Counted from the first letter of the whole stretch, positions 1-11,430 are shown. The stretch is 63,889 nucleotides of DNA, filler included, from an uncultured bacterium (GCA_964609495.1; 10 parts of 10 records of this genome joined end to end with filler, not necessarily neighbours in it); one strand, 5' to 3'. Notes: generated by a model not told the origin, from the letters alone. Made by a program: numbers and translations.

Positions 1-939
1 TTCCTTCGTTCCGCTATAGACGGTCAAGCCATGATAAGGGGTGCAAAACTCCTCCTCGGGAGAGTAAGCGGTATTAAAGTAGTCCTCAGTGCCAGTGCCA
101 TAGATGGTTAGGGAATCATCTCCATCTATGAAGATCATATCATCTCCTTCCCCATACCAATCGTTCTTCTGCCTCTCGAAGCAATCGATGTTAAGGTTAC
201 AACCGACATAGTGACCTTTGCCCTCGGCCTCCAGGATTACATAGTTATCCTTTCCATCCAAATTGGGGGTCGTCCAGATTTTCATACCCGACTCAGTAAG
301 TCTCAACTCTGGCTCCAACTCAATTAATGGTCCGGGAAGATCATCTCCCCATCCCTTAGTGGGATTCTCCCTCCGCCATTGGGAATGGAATCTCCCAAAT
401 TCCCCTTCTAATTTATCATACTCCTCATAATCGACATAGAAGTACACCACCCCCTCAGTTTCACACTCACTTGTTAGCTCTATCCTTGCTCCCTCGGAGA
501 AAGGCATCGGGAAGAAGCAATTGAAAGCCATCCCATTGCGAGGACTCATAGAAAGCGGCAAGGAGGTGAAATTCTTCACTATCCCATGTCCGATCCCGAA
601 GAAATCACCTATAGGAACCTCTACGCTGGGATTCTCCTCGCCATCCCAATACATCCTCAACAACAGTTTTCGGACATAGAGGACGGGTTTTTTACCTCCA
701 AATACCTGCTCGAAAGATGCTTTCTCTCCAGGAGGAAGATCCTCTCTATAGAATCCAAGCGTCATCCAGATGTGCTTGATACATCCAGCTCCTTTAATAT
801 CGGCTAACACTTTCGTATCTCCCGGATTAAATTGCCACCTATCCATATTTCCTCCAGTCTTATCGTAACTGGATATCCTCTTCCTCCTATAATTCCTCAG
901 TAATGGTAGATCTGCAAGTGATCCTGTTCCGAGTTTCAT
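1..939 (-). CDS. DUF2961 / GH172-family glycoside hydrolase (3' end runs off the window; absent from the ORF track)
   Basis: Manual translation from ATG at 939 (RBS AAAGGAGGT upstream): MKLGTGSLADLPLLRNYRRKRISSYDKTGGNMD...GAGCIKHIWMT...LRMYWDGEENPSVEVPIGDFFG. These are typical DUF2961 motifs. Confidence 0.85.
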   Translation of the reverse strand, partial: MKLGTGSLADLPLLRNYRRKRISSYDKTGGNMDRWQFNPGDTKVLADIKGAGCIKHIWMTLGFYREDLPPGEKASFEQVFGGKKPVLYVRKLLLRMYWDGEENPSVEVPIGDFFGIGHGIVKNFTSLPLSMSPRNGMAFNCFFPMPFSEGARIELTSECETEGVVYFYVDYEEYDKLEGEFGRFHSQWRRENPTKGWGDDLPGPLIELEPELRLTESGMKIWTTPNLDGKDNYVILEAEGKGHYVGCNLNIDCFERQKNDWYGEGDDMIFIDGDDSLTIYGTGTEDYFNTAYSPEEEFCTPYHGLTVYSGTKE

Positions 940-1130
940 AAGATTTTATACCTCCTTTAAGATTTTGATTTATTAGCTAGCTCTAATCTTTTCAACTTGA
1001 GAAGAGCTAAACTCCCCCTATCAGCGACTCAACTTTTTTTATTTCTATCATAATCTATATCTTAGTTATAGCCATTATAATAAAGAATCATAGATATGTC
1101 AATAATATCAGAGGGAAAAAACTATTTCTC

Positions 1131-1160
1131 TTGACATAATACCTGACTCTATGCTATAAT
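1131..1160 (+). promoter_or_regulatory. sigma70-type promoter for tig-clpP-clpX
   Basis: TTGACA-18nt-TATAAT with extended -10 TG. Confidence 0.7.
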
Positions 1161-1320
1161 ACAATGGGGAATCTATAAGATATTAGATATTTATGAGGTA
1201 AGAGGGGCTGAGTTACTTCAAAATCGGGAAAAGTTCGTCGATAATTGAAAACTAGCTCCGGTACCAGGATAACGCGAGGAGCGATTCTAATAATAAATTT
1301 GTCTATATGGAGGACGATAA

Positions 1321-2682
1321 ATGTCAGTAACTGTAAAGAAGCTGGGAAATTGCCAAGTTGAGCTGGAGATAACCATTCCTGCCGAGGAGGTAGATAGCGA
1401 ATTTAAGAAGGTTTATAGAGATTATAGCGTCAAGGCAAAGGTCCCTGGCTTTAGACCAGGCAAGGTCCCTATAAGAGTGCTAAAGCGTCGCTTTGGCGAG
1501 GAGGTCTTTTCTCAAGAAGTGGCTAGTGAGCTTCTTCCCACGGCTTTTGAAGATGCTTTGAATGAGACAGATATAGAGCCATTCGGAGAGTACCCCGAAC
1601 AACTCGAGGTGCTTCAGATCGAGGAGGGTAAACCCCTTATAGCTAAGGCTACCTTATCTGTTATGCCTATTGTAGTTTTAGGTGAATATAAGGGAGTCAG
1701 GGTCGAACCAGAGGAAGAATCTCCAGTGAGTGAAAATGATATAGAGCAGGTCTTATATATGTATCGAAAAGCGAATGCTCGATACGAGGTGGTAACGAAA
1801 CGCCCAGTAGCAGTTGGAGATCGAGTTGTCATCGATTACAGCCTTATAGTGGATGATAGAGAACTCCCCCCGATCGAGGGCTATACCGTGGAGATCGGCT
1901 CTGGAAATTTCCTACCCGAGATCGAACATGCTCTCGTTGACGTCTCCTTAGGGGAGGAGAGGAAGATCTCGGTAAAGCTTCCTAAAAGCTATATTCAAGA
2001 GGAATTAGCTGGTAAGGAAGTCACCTTCAAGATCAAATTAAACGAGATCAAAGAAGCCTTCCTTCCCAGTTTAGATGACGAATTCGCGAAAGAAGTGGGA
2101 GATTTCGAGACTCTGGAGGATCTGCGAAAAGATACTAGAGATAGATTGGAAGAGCAAGCCAAACGGTCAGCAGATGGAAGATTAAAGAACAATATCTTGG
2201 ATAAGATAAAATCTCTCTCTTCCGTTGAGATTCCTAAAGCGATGATAGATCATATATTAGAGACTAAGGAAGAAAGAACTAAGAAGGAATTGGCTATGGG
2301 GGGTACAGATTTCGACGATTACTTAACCGACCAAGGAGAGAGCCTCAGCACTTGGAGGACGAAACAGAGGAAGATTATAGAGGAAGATGTCAAGAGAGAG
2401 TTTATCTTAGAGGCTATCGCTGATGCCGAGGGGATAGAGGTATCAAATGAGGAGCTCGAGGAGCAAGTCAATCTCATCGCCGCTCAGAGTGGTCAAAATC
2501 CGCTACGGCTCAAAAATAGGATGGCGGTGAGCGGAGAGTTAAAATCATTGCAACAAAGCATGAGATACGGGAAGGTTTTAGATTTCCTCAAGGAGAACGC
2601 GAAGATCGGAAGCTCTCTTATAATAACCCCTGATCAGGATTTGGTGAATCCTTCATCCGATTCTAATATAATCATACCTTAA
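1321..2682 (+). CDS. tig: trigger factor
   Basis: Ribosome-binding signature PGFRPGKVP, FKBP-like middle domain, lies upstream of clpP-clpX. Confidence 0.97.
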   Translation: MSVTVKKLGNCQVELEITIPAEEVDSEFKKVYRDYSVKAKVPGFRPGKVPIRVLKRRFGEEVFSQEVASELLPTAFEDALNETDIEPFGEYPEQLEVLQIEEGKPLIAKATLSVMPIVVLGEYKGVRVEPEEESPVSENDIEQVLYMYRKANARYEVVTKRPVAVGDRVVIDYSLIVDDRELPPIEGYTVEIGSGNFLPEIEHALVDVSLGEERKISVKLPKSYIQEELAGKEVTFKIKLNEIKEAFLPSLDDEFAKEVGDFETLEDLRKDTRDRLEEQAKRSADGRLKNNILDKIKSLSSVEIPKAMIDHILETKEERTKKELAMGGTDFDDYLTDQGESLSTWRTKQRKIIEEDVKREFILEAIADAEGIEVSNEELEEQVNLIAAQSGQNPLRLKNRMAVSGELKSLQQSMRYGKVLDFLKENAKIGSSLIITPDQDLVNPSSDSNIIIP

Positions 2683-2721
2683 CCATAAAAGGTAACTACT
2701 TTATTAAGGAGGATTTAGTTT

Positions 2722-3345
2722 ATGAGATGGGATCCTATTCACAATTCAAGTTATCAAGGGCCTATCCTAGTGCCCAATGTGATCGAACAGACACCTCGAG
2801 GAGAGAGGTTTTACGATATCTACTCCAGATTGCTTAGAGAGAGGATCATCTTCTTAGGAGACGAGATTAGCGATCCAATGGCGAATACGGTCATCGCTCA
2901 GTTGCTTTTCCTAGAGGTTAGCGATCCCGACCGGGATATATACCTCTATATTAATAGCCCCGGAGGATTAGTATCTTCTACCTTAGCAGTTTATGATACT
3001 ATGCAGTATATCAAATCCGATGTGGCTACTGTATGCATAGGACAGGCGGCAAGTGGGGCGGCGGTACTTCTTGCCGCCGGAGCAGAGGGGAAGAGGTTCG
3101 CCTTACCCAACTCCCGGCTGATGATCCACCAGCCTCTAGGAGGAACGCGAGGGCAAGCTACGGATGTTGAGATCCTTACTAAGGAACTACTCCGAGCGAA
3201 GAATAAGCTGAATGAGATTCTAACGTTGCATACTGGTCAGCCTTTAGAGAGAATAGAGAGGGATACCGATAGGGATTTCTTTATGTCGGCTGAGGAGGCT
3301 AGGGATTACGGTATCATAGATGAGATCTATACGAAGAGGGAATAA
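2722..3345 (+). CDS. clpP: ATP-dependent Clp protease proteolytic subunit
   Basis: [27 protein letters not shown] (Ser), MIHQP (His), DRD motifs. Confidence 0.98.
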   Translation: MRWDPIHNSSYQGPILVPNVIEQTPRGERFYDIYSRLLRERIIFLGDEISDPMANTVIAQLLFLEVSDPDRDIYLYINSPGGLVSSTLAVYDTMQYIKSDVATVCIGQAASGAAVLLAAGAEGKRFALPNSRLMIHQPLGGTRGQATDVEILTKELLRAKNKLNEILTLHTGQPLERIERDTDRDFFMSAEEARDYGIIDEIYTKRE

Positions 3346-3487
3346 GACCGATTTGAATAGGTTTCGGAAGTAGATGAGTAACTATCGCGACTAGTGAAGC
3401 GAGGTCATTTTTTCTCTCGGCTAGCATTTGAGATTTAAGTCTGGGAATATTTCGTTCATCGGTAATATCAAACCAAAGAGGTGACGT

Positions 3488-4744
3488 ATGTTCAAATTTG
3501 GAGATTATCAAGACCAGATTCACTGCTCGTTCTGTGGAAAAAAGCAGGGGCAAGTAAGGAAGCTCATAGCTGGTCCTGGAGTATATATATGCGATGAGTG
3601 TATCGCCTTGTGCAATGAGATAATCAATGAGGAATTAGAAGAGCCAGAAGATTTCTCTCTAAAGGATTTACCTATCCCGGAGAAGATCAAGAAGATATTG
3701 GACGAACATGTTATCGGACAGGAGAAGGCGAAGAAGATACTCTCTGTCGCTATATACAATCACTATAAGCGGATAAAGAGGGGGTATAAGAATAGCGATG
3801 TGGAGATCGAGAAGAGCAATGTGGTTATGATTGGTCCTACCGGCTGCGGTAAAACCCTTCTTGCCCAAACTCTGGCTAAGATCTTGAAGGTCCCTTTTGC
3901 TATCGCGGATGCCACTACCTTGACCGAGGCTGGCTATGTAGGCGATGATGTGGAGAACATACTTTTGAGGCTACTTCAAGCCGCTGATTATGATTTAGCC
4001 CAAGCGGAAAGGGGCATTGTTTATATAGATGAGATGGATAAGATTGCTCGTAAGAGTGAAAGCCCATCTATAACCCGCGATGTATCAGGAGAGGGAGTTC
4101 AACAAGCCTTGCTCAAGATATTAGAGGGAACAAATGCGGCTATTCCTCCTCAGGGAGGAAGGAAACATCCTCAGCAGGAATTTATTATGATGGATACCTC
4201 GCGAATTCTCTTCATCTGCGGTGGTTCATTTGAGGGACTGGAGGATATCATAAAATCCCGCCTTGATAGGAAGACAATGGGCTTCGGAGCAGATATCAGG
4301 GGGGGAAATGGTGAAGAACAAAACGAGATAATATCCAAAGTTATGCCGGAAGATCTCCTTAAATTTGGCCTAATACCTGAATTAGTGGGAAGATTACCGG
4401 TTATTGCCACCTTAGATTACCTAGATGAAGAGGCGATGATTAACATCTTAACCGAACCTAAGAACGCTTTAGCAAAGCAATATAAGTGGTTGTTTGCTCT
4501 GGAGGGAATCGATCTTAAGTTCGAGGATGAGGCTCTGATAGCTATCGCCAGGGAGGCTATGAAGAGGAAAACAGGAGCTAGAGGATTGAGAGCGGTGATC
4601 GAAGATGTGATGTTGGACATTATGTATGAAGTTCCCTCTATGATTGGGATTCAAGAATTCACCATTACTGAGGATATAGTTCTACGTAAGATTAGTCCTA
4701 CTATGGCTCTTAAGAGTGCCCAAAATTTAGCTAAATCGGCTTAG
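3488..4744 (+). CDS. clpX: ATP-dependent Clp protease ATP-binding subunit
   Basis: C4 Zn finger CSFCGK...ICDEC, Walker [29 protein letters not shown]. Confidence 0.98.
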   Translation: MFKFGDYQDQIHCSFCGKKQGQVRKLIAGPGVYICDECIALCNEIINEELEEPEDFSLKDLPIPEKIKKILDEHVIGQEKAKKILSVAIYNHYKRIKRGYKNSDVEIEKSNVVMIGPTGCGKTLLAQTLAKILKVPFAIADATTLTEAGYVGDDVENILLRLLQAADYDLAQAERGIVYIDEMDKIARKSESPSITRDVSGEGVQQALLKILEGTNAAIPPQGGRKHPQQEFIMMDTSRILFICGGSFEGLEDIIKSRLDRKTMGFGADIRGGNGEEQNEIISKVMPEDLLKFGLIPELVGRLPVIATLDYLDEEAMINILTEPKNALAKQYKWLFALEGIDLKFEDEALIAIAREAMKRKTGARGLRAVIEDVMLDIMYEVPSMIGIQEFTITEDIVLRKISPTMALKSAQNLAKSA

Positions 4745-4777
4745 ATATAGCTAGGCATTTGGGTTGTAAGATTAGGA

Positions 4778-6529
4778 GTGATCGCTTTGGCCAACCAAGA
4801 TGGGGATCTCACTAAAACTGTAGAGCGGCTTAGAGGAAGGATATTGAGGCTCAATCAGACCTTCCAGAGGCAAGTCCAGTTGGATAGTCAGCTTGAGGTG
4901 AAGAATGAGGAGCTTAAAGCCACCCTTGAGAGACAAGAACAGAGAATTAGAGAGCTTGAGGAGACGCTACAGAGTCAAGTGGAGGAGATAGCCAACCAGA
5001 CTATATTGCAGGATACAGAATCTCTAGCTGTAACTCATCAGGAACTTATGGAGAAGAATTGGGAGCTAGCTAAGGAGATCGAGAAATTAAAGGCTAAGCT
5101 TGAAAGAGCCGAAGCTTTTCCGGTTCAAACCGAGGGGACAACGGAGCTTGAAGAGGAGATATCGAGGCTTAAGTTTGAGATAAGGGAGATGAAGGATGCG
5201 GCAGCCTCTTTTAAAGATACCATAGCGACGTTGGACCGGGATAAACGGGAAGTGGAGGAGGAAGTTGAGAGATTAAGGAAGGAACAATTAGCTCCCGGTG
5301 AGGATCTGGAAGAGCTCATCAAACGTAACGGAGAGTTGACTGAAGAGATAACACATCTGAGAGAAGCCCTATCTGAACAGGGTACTGCGGCAACAAACGT
5401 CGATTATGACGAGTTATTAGAGACTAAAAATGGGCTTTTAGAGAAGAATTGGGAATTAGATCAAACTAACCGTCAATTACAAAGCGCTAAAGTAGAACTG
5501 GAAGCCAAAGTTCAACTGCTCCAAACTCAGTTGGAGAGAGGTTCTACTATCTCCTCTGAGGAGGAGATAACGAGTAAAGAGCAGTTGGATAAAGCCAATC
5601 GAGAGCTCACCGCTATCAATCAAACCCTTACCCGAAAGACTCTAAAATTGTATGCGATAAATCAAAATGCCAAGGTGATATTTTCCTCCTTAGAGCTCGA
5701 TGATAATATAGGGCGTCTAATAGAGATGTCTAAGCGCGCTATAAACTTAAGAACTTGCGCGATATTTCTCTGGGATGGGATAGTAAACAAATTCGTTCTG
5801 AAAGCCGCTGATGGCATTTTAGAGGGAGAGGAGGAGCTAGCTTTTAGCAGGGATGTTTGGTGGATAGAGCAAGCTTTCAATACAAAGAGGCCTGTCTATA
5901 TTTCTGATACCTGGCAAGAGCCCAATTTTAAGCCGACCTGGATGGAGGATACAACCCGCTCCTTCCTCTGCCTACCCTTAGAGGCAGAAGAGCGGACTAT
6001 AGGGATTATGATCCTAGAGCATAATATCCCTGAAGCTTTTACCAAAGATAATGTCGAGTTCTTGGCTGATATGCTCTCCCTGGTCTCCATCGCGATTGAG
6101 AATTCTATCTTCTTCAGCAAAGTGAATCGGAGAGTTAAGGATCTCTTCGCCCTCTATGACGCGGGAAAATCATTCCTTTCCACTTTAGATGTAGAGATAA
6201 CATGTCGCTATCTGCTGTCATCAAGCGTAAAGGCAGTGAGTGCGAAAACAGCCGCTATTTATCTGATAGCTGGAGATTCTCCAGACAATCTACTGTTATA
6301 TATGGCAATTGGAGAGAAACAAGATAATATCAGCAACGATGAGATCACCTTAGGAGAAGGCATAATTGGTTCAGCCGCTTTAGAGGGGCATCCCAGTCTC
6401 CTTCTAGCTGAGCAAGCAGACGGATTAATAGAGGAGACAGGTTTCGAGTTAAAGTCCTGCTTAGTAGTTCCCCTCCTAACCGAAAAAGCTATTCTAGGAG
6501 TCTTACAGGTTGTGGATAGGACAGATGCG
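4778..6529 (+). CDS. coiled-coil plus tandem GAF-domain signalling protein (3' truncated by scaffold end)
   Basis: About 290 aa of heptad-rich N-terminus, then two GAF-like domains (RSFLCLPL...IGIMIL...AFTKDNVEFL; GEGIIG...KSCLVVPL...LGVLQV). Confidence 0.75.
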
Positions 6530-6629
6530 NNNNNNNNNNNNNNNNNNNNNNNNNNNNNNNNNNNNNNNNNNNNTTAATTAATTAANNNNNNNNNNNNNNN
6601 NNNNNNNNNNNNNNNNNNNNNNNNNNNNN
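6530..6629. other. artificial scaffold linker; also at 13105-13204, 19559-19658, 26010-26109, 32403-32502, 38792-38891, 45178-45277, 51498-51597, 57817-57916
   Basis: N-run + TTAATTAATTAA (stops in all six frames) + N-run, 100 nt each. Plain 100-N intra-scaffold gaps occur at 37013-37112, 41413-41512 and 52740-52839. Confidence 0.97.
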
Positions 6630-7016
6630 GATCAGGCGCTTTATCAACTCGACCATCTCATTTATATGCTCGGTAGCTCTAGGATATAACTCCGCTCGCT
6701 CTATGTTAAGGGTATCAATATCCTCAAAAAAGGCATTGATATAAGTCTCGGTATATTCATTGATAGGTATTCCCTTCTCCCTCGCTCCCTTGATAGTCTT
6801 ATCATCAATATCGGTGAGGTTCATCACCTGTGTAATTTGATAGCCCTTGTATTTGAGATATCGCCTGAGTATATCTTCAAACATATAAGCTCGGAAGTTT
6901 CCGATATGGGCATAATCATAAACCGTAGGTCCGCAAGTATACATCTTAACCTTGCCTTCCTCTAAAGGCGCGAATTTCTCCTTCTCTCTAGTCATCGTAT
7001 TGTAGAAATACAGCAT
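6630..7016 (-). CDS. cysS: cysteine--tRNA ligase, N-terminal part (truncated by scaffold end)
   Basis: MYTCGPTVYDYAHIGNFR (HIGH-type motif), NLTDIDDK, YPRATEHI. Confidence 0.95.
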
Positions 7017-7029
7017 AACCTTTCCCCCT

Positions 7030-8874
7030 CTAAGTTAATTTTACCGGTTCTCTAGCCTCCAACTCCATCTTTCCTTCTTCCTTCTTTATAACTATATATC
7101 TCCTCCAATTCTCATCATCCCTCCTCAGAGGGATATTATCCCTATCACTAGCGAACATAAGATGCGCCCCTCGACTCTCATTGCGCATCTTAGCTGCTCT
7201 CATTATCATCTTTCCCACCTCGAGGAGATTGATCGTCTCCAGAGCATAATTTAAACCTTTATCATCAACGCTCAAGCCTTTTGTCTTCAGATGCTCAAGG
7301 GCTTCTAACCCCTCGGCTAATCCCTCTTGAGTCCTAACTATACTTGCCGTGCGATAGAGTATCTCCCGAAGCTTTTCTCTAACTTCGGTAGCTTCCTCTC
7401 CCTCACTCGCCTCCAAAAGAGATTTAACTCTGTTATATATCATCTCTATCTGCTCTTGAGGAAGAGGTTCGAACTCCTTTAAGCTCTTCGCCTCTAAGGC
7501 TGATTCTCGTCCGGCTATCTTGCCAAAGACTTGACAATCCAGGAGAGAATTACCTCCGGGGCGATTAGCTCCATGCTGGCCTCCCGCGCATTCTCCAGCC
7601 GCATATAATCCCCTCAGAGTGGTATTGGCTCGTTCTCTGATCTTCACTCCCCCCAGGAAATGTTGAATAGCAGGAACAACCTCTAAATTTCCGATTATTG
7701 AGAGATCTATACCTCTTCCTTTAAGCCATTCCACTAAAGTGGGATTTATCTCCATCAGTCTGAATAAGGGATTTCGCTCCCTAAACTCGAGCCCGATCTC
7801 CAATACTATCTCCTCCATATATCTCTTATAAAGATCATCATCGAGAAGCCCAAGGCGAAAACCTCTCGGATTATCGCTATAGTCGAAATAGACCCTCCTG
7901 CCAGCCATTATCTCCTTATAAATAGCGATGTCTATAGTTTTAGTTGGCTGTTCATAAGAGACTGGCCAGCTCGACCCTTTGGCAAAGATGAGATTGAATA
8001 TCTCTACTCGACTCACATCAGGAGGGAGATAATCCCTCAAAAATTCCCTTCCCTCATCGTTGAGGATACGGGGGACAGCCCTAAGCATACTTCCCGAACA
8101 GGCAAGCTCGGTCTCAAGGGAGGATAATCCGATCTGGATAAGCTCCATATTCACTAATTCCGCTCCAGCGCGGTAAGCCATCGCATAGCCGTCTCCAGTC
8201 ATCCCTTGAGGAAAGACGTTGAATTTATATGCCCCTCCTGCTCCACCGGTAGCTAGGATGACAGCCTTAGCTCGAAATAGAGCGATATTATCATCGAGCC
8301 ACTTCTCATTATCGACCTCTCTTAATCCCCAAGCCCCGATCACTCTATCCCCTGAGGTTATAAGATCGACGATCATAAAGTTATCAACTATCTCTATTCT
8401 ATCATATCTCATAACAACTTCTTCAATAAGTGCTATTTCTATATCACTAGCAGTATAAGGTCCAGTATAACAAGCTCTAGCATAATCAGAACCATCGGTG
8501 CGAAATTGATCAGCTTTTCCCTCTTCAGATTTCGCAAAGGGAACACCGAGCTTATCAAGATATTCAAAGGCTTCACCAGAATTTCGGGCTAATATCTGAG
8601 CTAGATCCTCATCGGATACATAGCCTCCAAGACGATAGATATCATCGGAATGATATCTCCAATTATCCTCTCCGCCAGGTTCAGTATAGGGAAGAGTAGT
8701 ATGGAAAGCCATTCTATCAGAGCAGGCTAGGGCTGTGACTCCGCTCCTGCCTAATCCTCCCTTCGTTACTATTATAACCTTGAGCTGATCGTCAGTATCA
8801 ACCACTTCTAAAGCGGAGCGAAGGGCTGCTCCTCCGCCACCTATTATTAATACATCACAATAATATCTATTCAA
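7030..8874 (-). CDS. FAD-dependent oxidoreductase, SdhA/FrdA/NadB flavoprotein family
   Basis: DVLIIGGGGA, ILATGGAG, TGDGYAMA, QHFLGG, GLYAAGECAGGQHGANRPGGNSL, ESRGAH. Confidence 0.85.
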   Translation of the reverse strand: MNRYYCDVLIIGGGGAALRSALEVVDTDDQLKVIIVTKGGLGRSGVTALACSDRMAFHTTLPYTEPGGEDNWRYHSDDIYRLGGYVSDEDLAQILARNSGEAFEYLDKLGVPFAKSEEGKADQFRTDGSDYARACYTGPYTASDIEIALIEEVVMRYDRIEIVDNFMIVDLITSGDRVIGAWGLREVDNEKWLDDNIALFRAKAVILATGGAGGAYKFNVFPQGMTGDGYAMAYRAGAELVNMELIQIGLSSLETELACSGSMLRAVPRILNDEGREFLRDYLPPDVSRVEIFNLIFAKGSSWPVSYEQPTKTIDIAIYKEIMAGRRVYFDYSDNPRGFRLGLLDDDLYKRYMEEIVLEIGLEFRERNPLFRLMEINPTLVEWLKGRGIDLSIIGNLEVVPAIQHFLGGVKIRERANTTLRGLYAAGECAGGQHGANRPGGNSLLDCQVFGKIAGRESALEAKSLKEFEPLPQEQIEMIYNRVKSLLEASEGEEATEVREKLREILYRTASIVRTQEGLAEGLEALEHLKTKGLSVDDKGLNYALETINLLEVGKMIMRAAKMRNESRGAHLMFASDRDNIPLRRDDENWRRYIVIKKEEGKMELEAREPVKLT

Positions 8875-8884
8875 TTCGATGACC

Positions 8885-9280
8885 TCATAAATGACCCAGA
8901 ATTTGATGACCCTCTTGAGACAAAACCAGGATTGCTCTTTTCACATCCTTCTCTTTAACCAGCAAGTAGTCGGTATCGTAGCTTGATACCGCAAATATAC
9001 TGATACTCGCACGCGCCAACGGCATAGCAAGTGAGGCGAGGATCCCAGTCAAAGTGAAATCTAAGGGACCTTCGACCTTTAGACATCGCCATCCCTTATC
9101 ACACTCCATCCCTTCTGGAACGTTAGTTTGAGGACACACAACCGAAAGTTCATCAGGAGTTCGTGTAATTGAGAAAAAGCTACCGGTGAGTGCCCAATCA
9201 GGAATCCGAGCATCCTTATCCAGTCTGCAAATCGCGAATTTATCCTGCAAAATTGAAAGTGTGAGTTTTAAATCAGTCAT
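8885..9280 (-). CDS. ACT-domain protein (ACT_7/CASTOR-like)
   Basis: FFSITRTPDELSVVC; GPLDFTLTGILA...ISIFAVSSYDTDYLLVK. Confidence 0.9.
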   Translation of the reverse strand: MTDLKLTLSILQDKFAICRLDKDARIPDWALTGSFFSITRTPDELSVVCPQTNVPEGMECDKGWRCLKVEGPLDFTLTGILASLAMPLARASISIFAVSSYDTDYLLVKEKDVKRAILVLSQEGHQILGHL

Positions 9281-9286
9281 ATCCTC

Positions 9287-11383
9287 TCAGAATATCTTGC
9301 GCCAAGCCAGATGGTCCTCGATTTCCTTGCGCGTCCGCCAGGCTAGTCGCAACTCCTTGCGAGCGAACAGCTCCAGTTGGTCGGAGAAGTGAGGACTTCC
9401 TGGCTGAGACGCATTGCCGTAGGCAGTGAGCACCATAGCCCTTACTGGGTCAGAGAACTCAACCACGGCAATGAAGGAATCACCTCCTATAGCTTGAAAG
9501 CAATCAGACGCTTCCTCGAAGCCGATTGCCCGGAAGATGCCCAGGGGATCAGAGCCACCGCTGGCGGGTAGATCTATCTCGCCGCGATGCAGTCGGTGAA
9601 TCTCACCCCAAGCCACGTCCAGAGTCCCATAGTCAGCCTCAACCTCGGCCGCCGCGGCTTCAAGAGCCGCAACCGCGATGGCTGGATCAGATAGACCACT
9701 GGGCGCGGTAAGAGGAGAATCCTCACTCCAGGGGGTAGCAAATATGTCCCAGGGGTTATAAATGGAAAATGTGCCCCAGGGGTTAATCTCTTCTGATGTT
9801 CTCTTCCGTTTGGAATCTTCCCAGCGGTATATCATCTCGTTGATAAAAGCTTCAAAGAGCACCGCGCCACAGCTATCCGCATCGACATTGCGATCCCAGG
9901 CGGAAAGCACCTCGGCAGATCGATGGGCTATCTCGCCGCCATGATGTCGCGCGGCGGTTATCAAGTCATCGAGAAGATGGTCAGCTATCTCCATACGTGT
10001 CGAGTGTTTGTATTCGACTAGTTTCTCGAAGGAAATACGTTTGTCCTCAATAAGCATTTTTGCCGAGCGCTGTGCCCGAAAGTGCATGAAACGTGGCGCC
10101 ATATAGGGCGGGAAATCGTCCGGAGAAAGCACAGAGGGAAAGGTCGTCGTCCAAGGTGGATCGTTCGCATTCTGTAACCAGCCGCTCGGTGGATCGATCA
10201 CGCGTGGCAACTCCTCGTAGGCGTGGGTTTTGGTCCACAGCGTGGCAGACGTGTCACCCGGAACGATGTCCCACCAGTCCCACTCGCCTTTGGGTCTGAC
10301 CGGGGTTCGACCGCCGAAGAGATGCATAATGTGTCCGTCGCGATCAGCGTATATCACTGTGAATATCGGGATTTGCAAGCGCTTTAGCGCAGCCTCGAAC
10401 TCGGTCAGGTTTGTCGCCCGTGCCATATCCCACCACTGCTCCAACATGCCAGGCTGGTCAAGACCAGCGATCCGCAGAGCGATCATCTTATCATCTTTTT
10501 CCGCAACTACAGGTCCATGGATCGATCGTCGCACTATGAGTTGCTCCTCGCGCAGGGTGCCGTCATCCTGCTTCACCTTCAAGGTATGTTCCTCTGTCTC
10601 AAAGGCTCGGACCTCGCCGTCCCAGCGATAGCCGCCGTCAGCCAGAGTGAGTTCGTAGGCATCCCACCCCTTGATTGTGTTCACTGTGTGAGTCCAGCCC
10701 AGGTAGTCGTTGAACACAACGCCCAGGCCGGCGAAGCCGACGAGGGTTGCCCCATAAGCATTGACCTCTGGAGCGGTAAGCTGAGCCTCATAGAAGAGGA
10801 ATAGATCCGACCAAGGGAGGTGTGGGTTCGCAAGGAGCATCGCCTTCCCACCGGCGGAACGTGCTGGCGCGATAGCCCAGCCGTTAGAGCCTGCCGAGCG
10901 CCAGGCATCATTTATATTCGCAACCCTCCGCGCATCAACTACAAAGGTGAAATGGATTACGCGCTGAGTATGGGCAAGCACGTCCACGGCATCAACTGGC
11001 AGAATAACCTTGACCTCGTCATCGATCTGATCGGGATGCTCCCGAACATAGGCATTTATCCCATCAGCGAAGGCCTTGAGATAGCTACGAAAGGTCGGGC
11101 TCTGCGCCTCATACCACTTGCGGGCGCGAGCGGGGATCCCCATAGTCCGCACCCACCGATCCGATTCCAGATACTCCTCTCCCCAGTATTCGCCTGCTCG
11201 TCCCCGCGCTTGACCGTAGAGACGCAAGATCAGATCACCGTGACTCTGCATCTGCGCCCAGCCAAAGGCGTGAAAGAGGCTCTCGATGTCCTTCGCAAAG
11301 ATATGTGGCACGCCCCAGGTATCCCAGAGGATCTCGGTGCGCTCCGTCTCAGTAGGTTGGTGTAAATTCGAATCTTCTGACAT
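9287..11383 (-). CDS. penicillin acylase-family Ntn-hydrolase (AHL/aculeacin acylase-like)
   Basis: WDTWGVPHI, beta-subunit nucleophile GSNGWAIA, LLANPHLPW. Likely start MSEDS at 11383 after GAAGGGAG; no signal peptide from this start. Confidence 0.9.
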   Translation of the reverse strand: MSEDSNLHQPTETERTEILWDTWGVPHIFAKDIESLFHAFGWAQMQSHGDLILRLYGQARGRAGEYWGEEYLESDRWVRTMGIPARARKWYEAQSPTFRSYLKAFADGINAYVREHPDQIDDEVKVILPVDAVDVLAHTQRVIHFTFVVDARRVANINDAWRSAGSNGWAIAPARSAGGKAMLLANPHLPWSDLFLFYEAQLTAPEVNAYGATLVGFAGLGVVFNDYLGWTHTVNTIKGWDAYELTLADGGYRWDGEVRAFETEEHTLKVKQDDGTLREEQLIVRRSIHGPVVAEKDDKMIALRIAGLDQPGMLEQWWDMARATNLTEFEAALKRLQIPIFTVIYADRDGHIMHLFGGRTPVRPKGEWDWWDIVPGDTSATLWTKTHAYEELPRVIDPPSGWLQNANDPPWTTTFPSVLSPDDFPPYMAPRFMHFRAQRSAKMLIEDKRISFEKLVEYKHSTRMEIADHLLDDLITAARHHGGEIAHRSAEVLSAWDRNVDADSCGAVLFEAFINEMIYRWEDSKRKRTSEEINPWGTFSIYNPWDIFATPWSEDSPLTAPSGLSDPAIAVAALEAAAAEVEADYGTLDVAWGEIHRLHRGEIDLPASGGSDPLGIFRAIGFEEASDCFQAIGGDSFIAVVEFSDPVRAMVLTAYGNASQPGSPHFSDQLELFARKELRLAWRTRKEIEDHLAWRKIF

Positions 11384-11430
11384 ATTCCATACTCCCTTCA
11401 ATAGAGATATTATGAAGCAACACATTACAA

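Noticed and set aside
586-807. 73-aa plus-strand ORF
   Set aside because: Antisense shadow of the DUF2961 gene (1-939, minus).
6574-6585. Regularly spaced TTAATTAATTAA repeats (about every 6.3-6.6 kb) as a biological repeat
   Set aside because: Always embedded in 100-nt N linkers; it is an artificial six-frame stop spacer.
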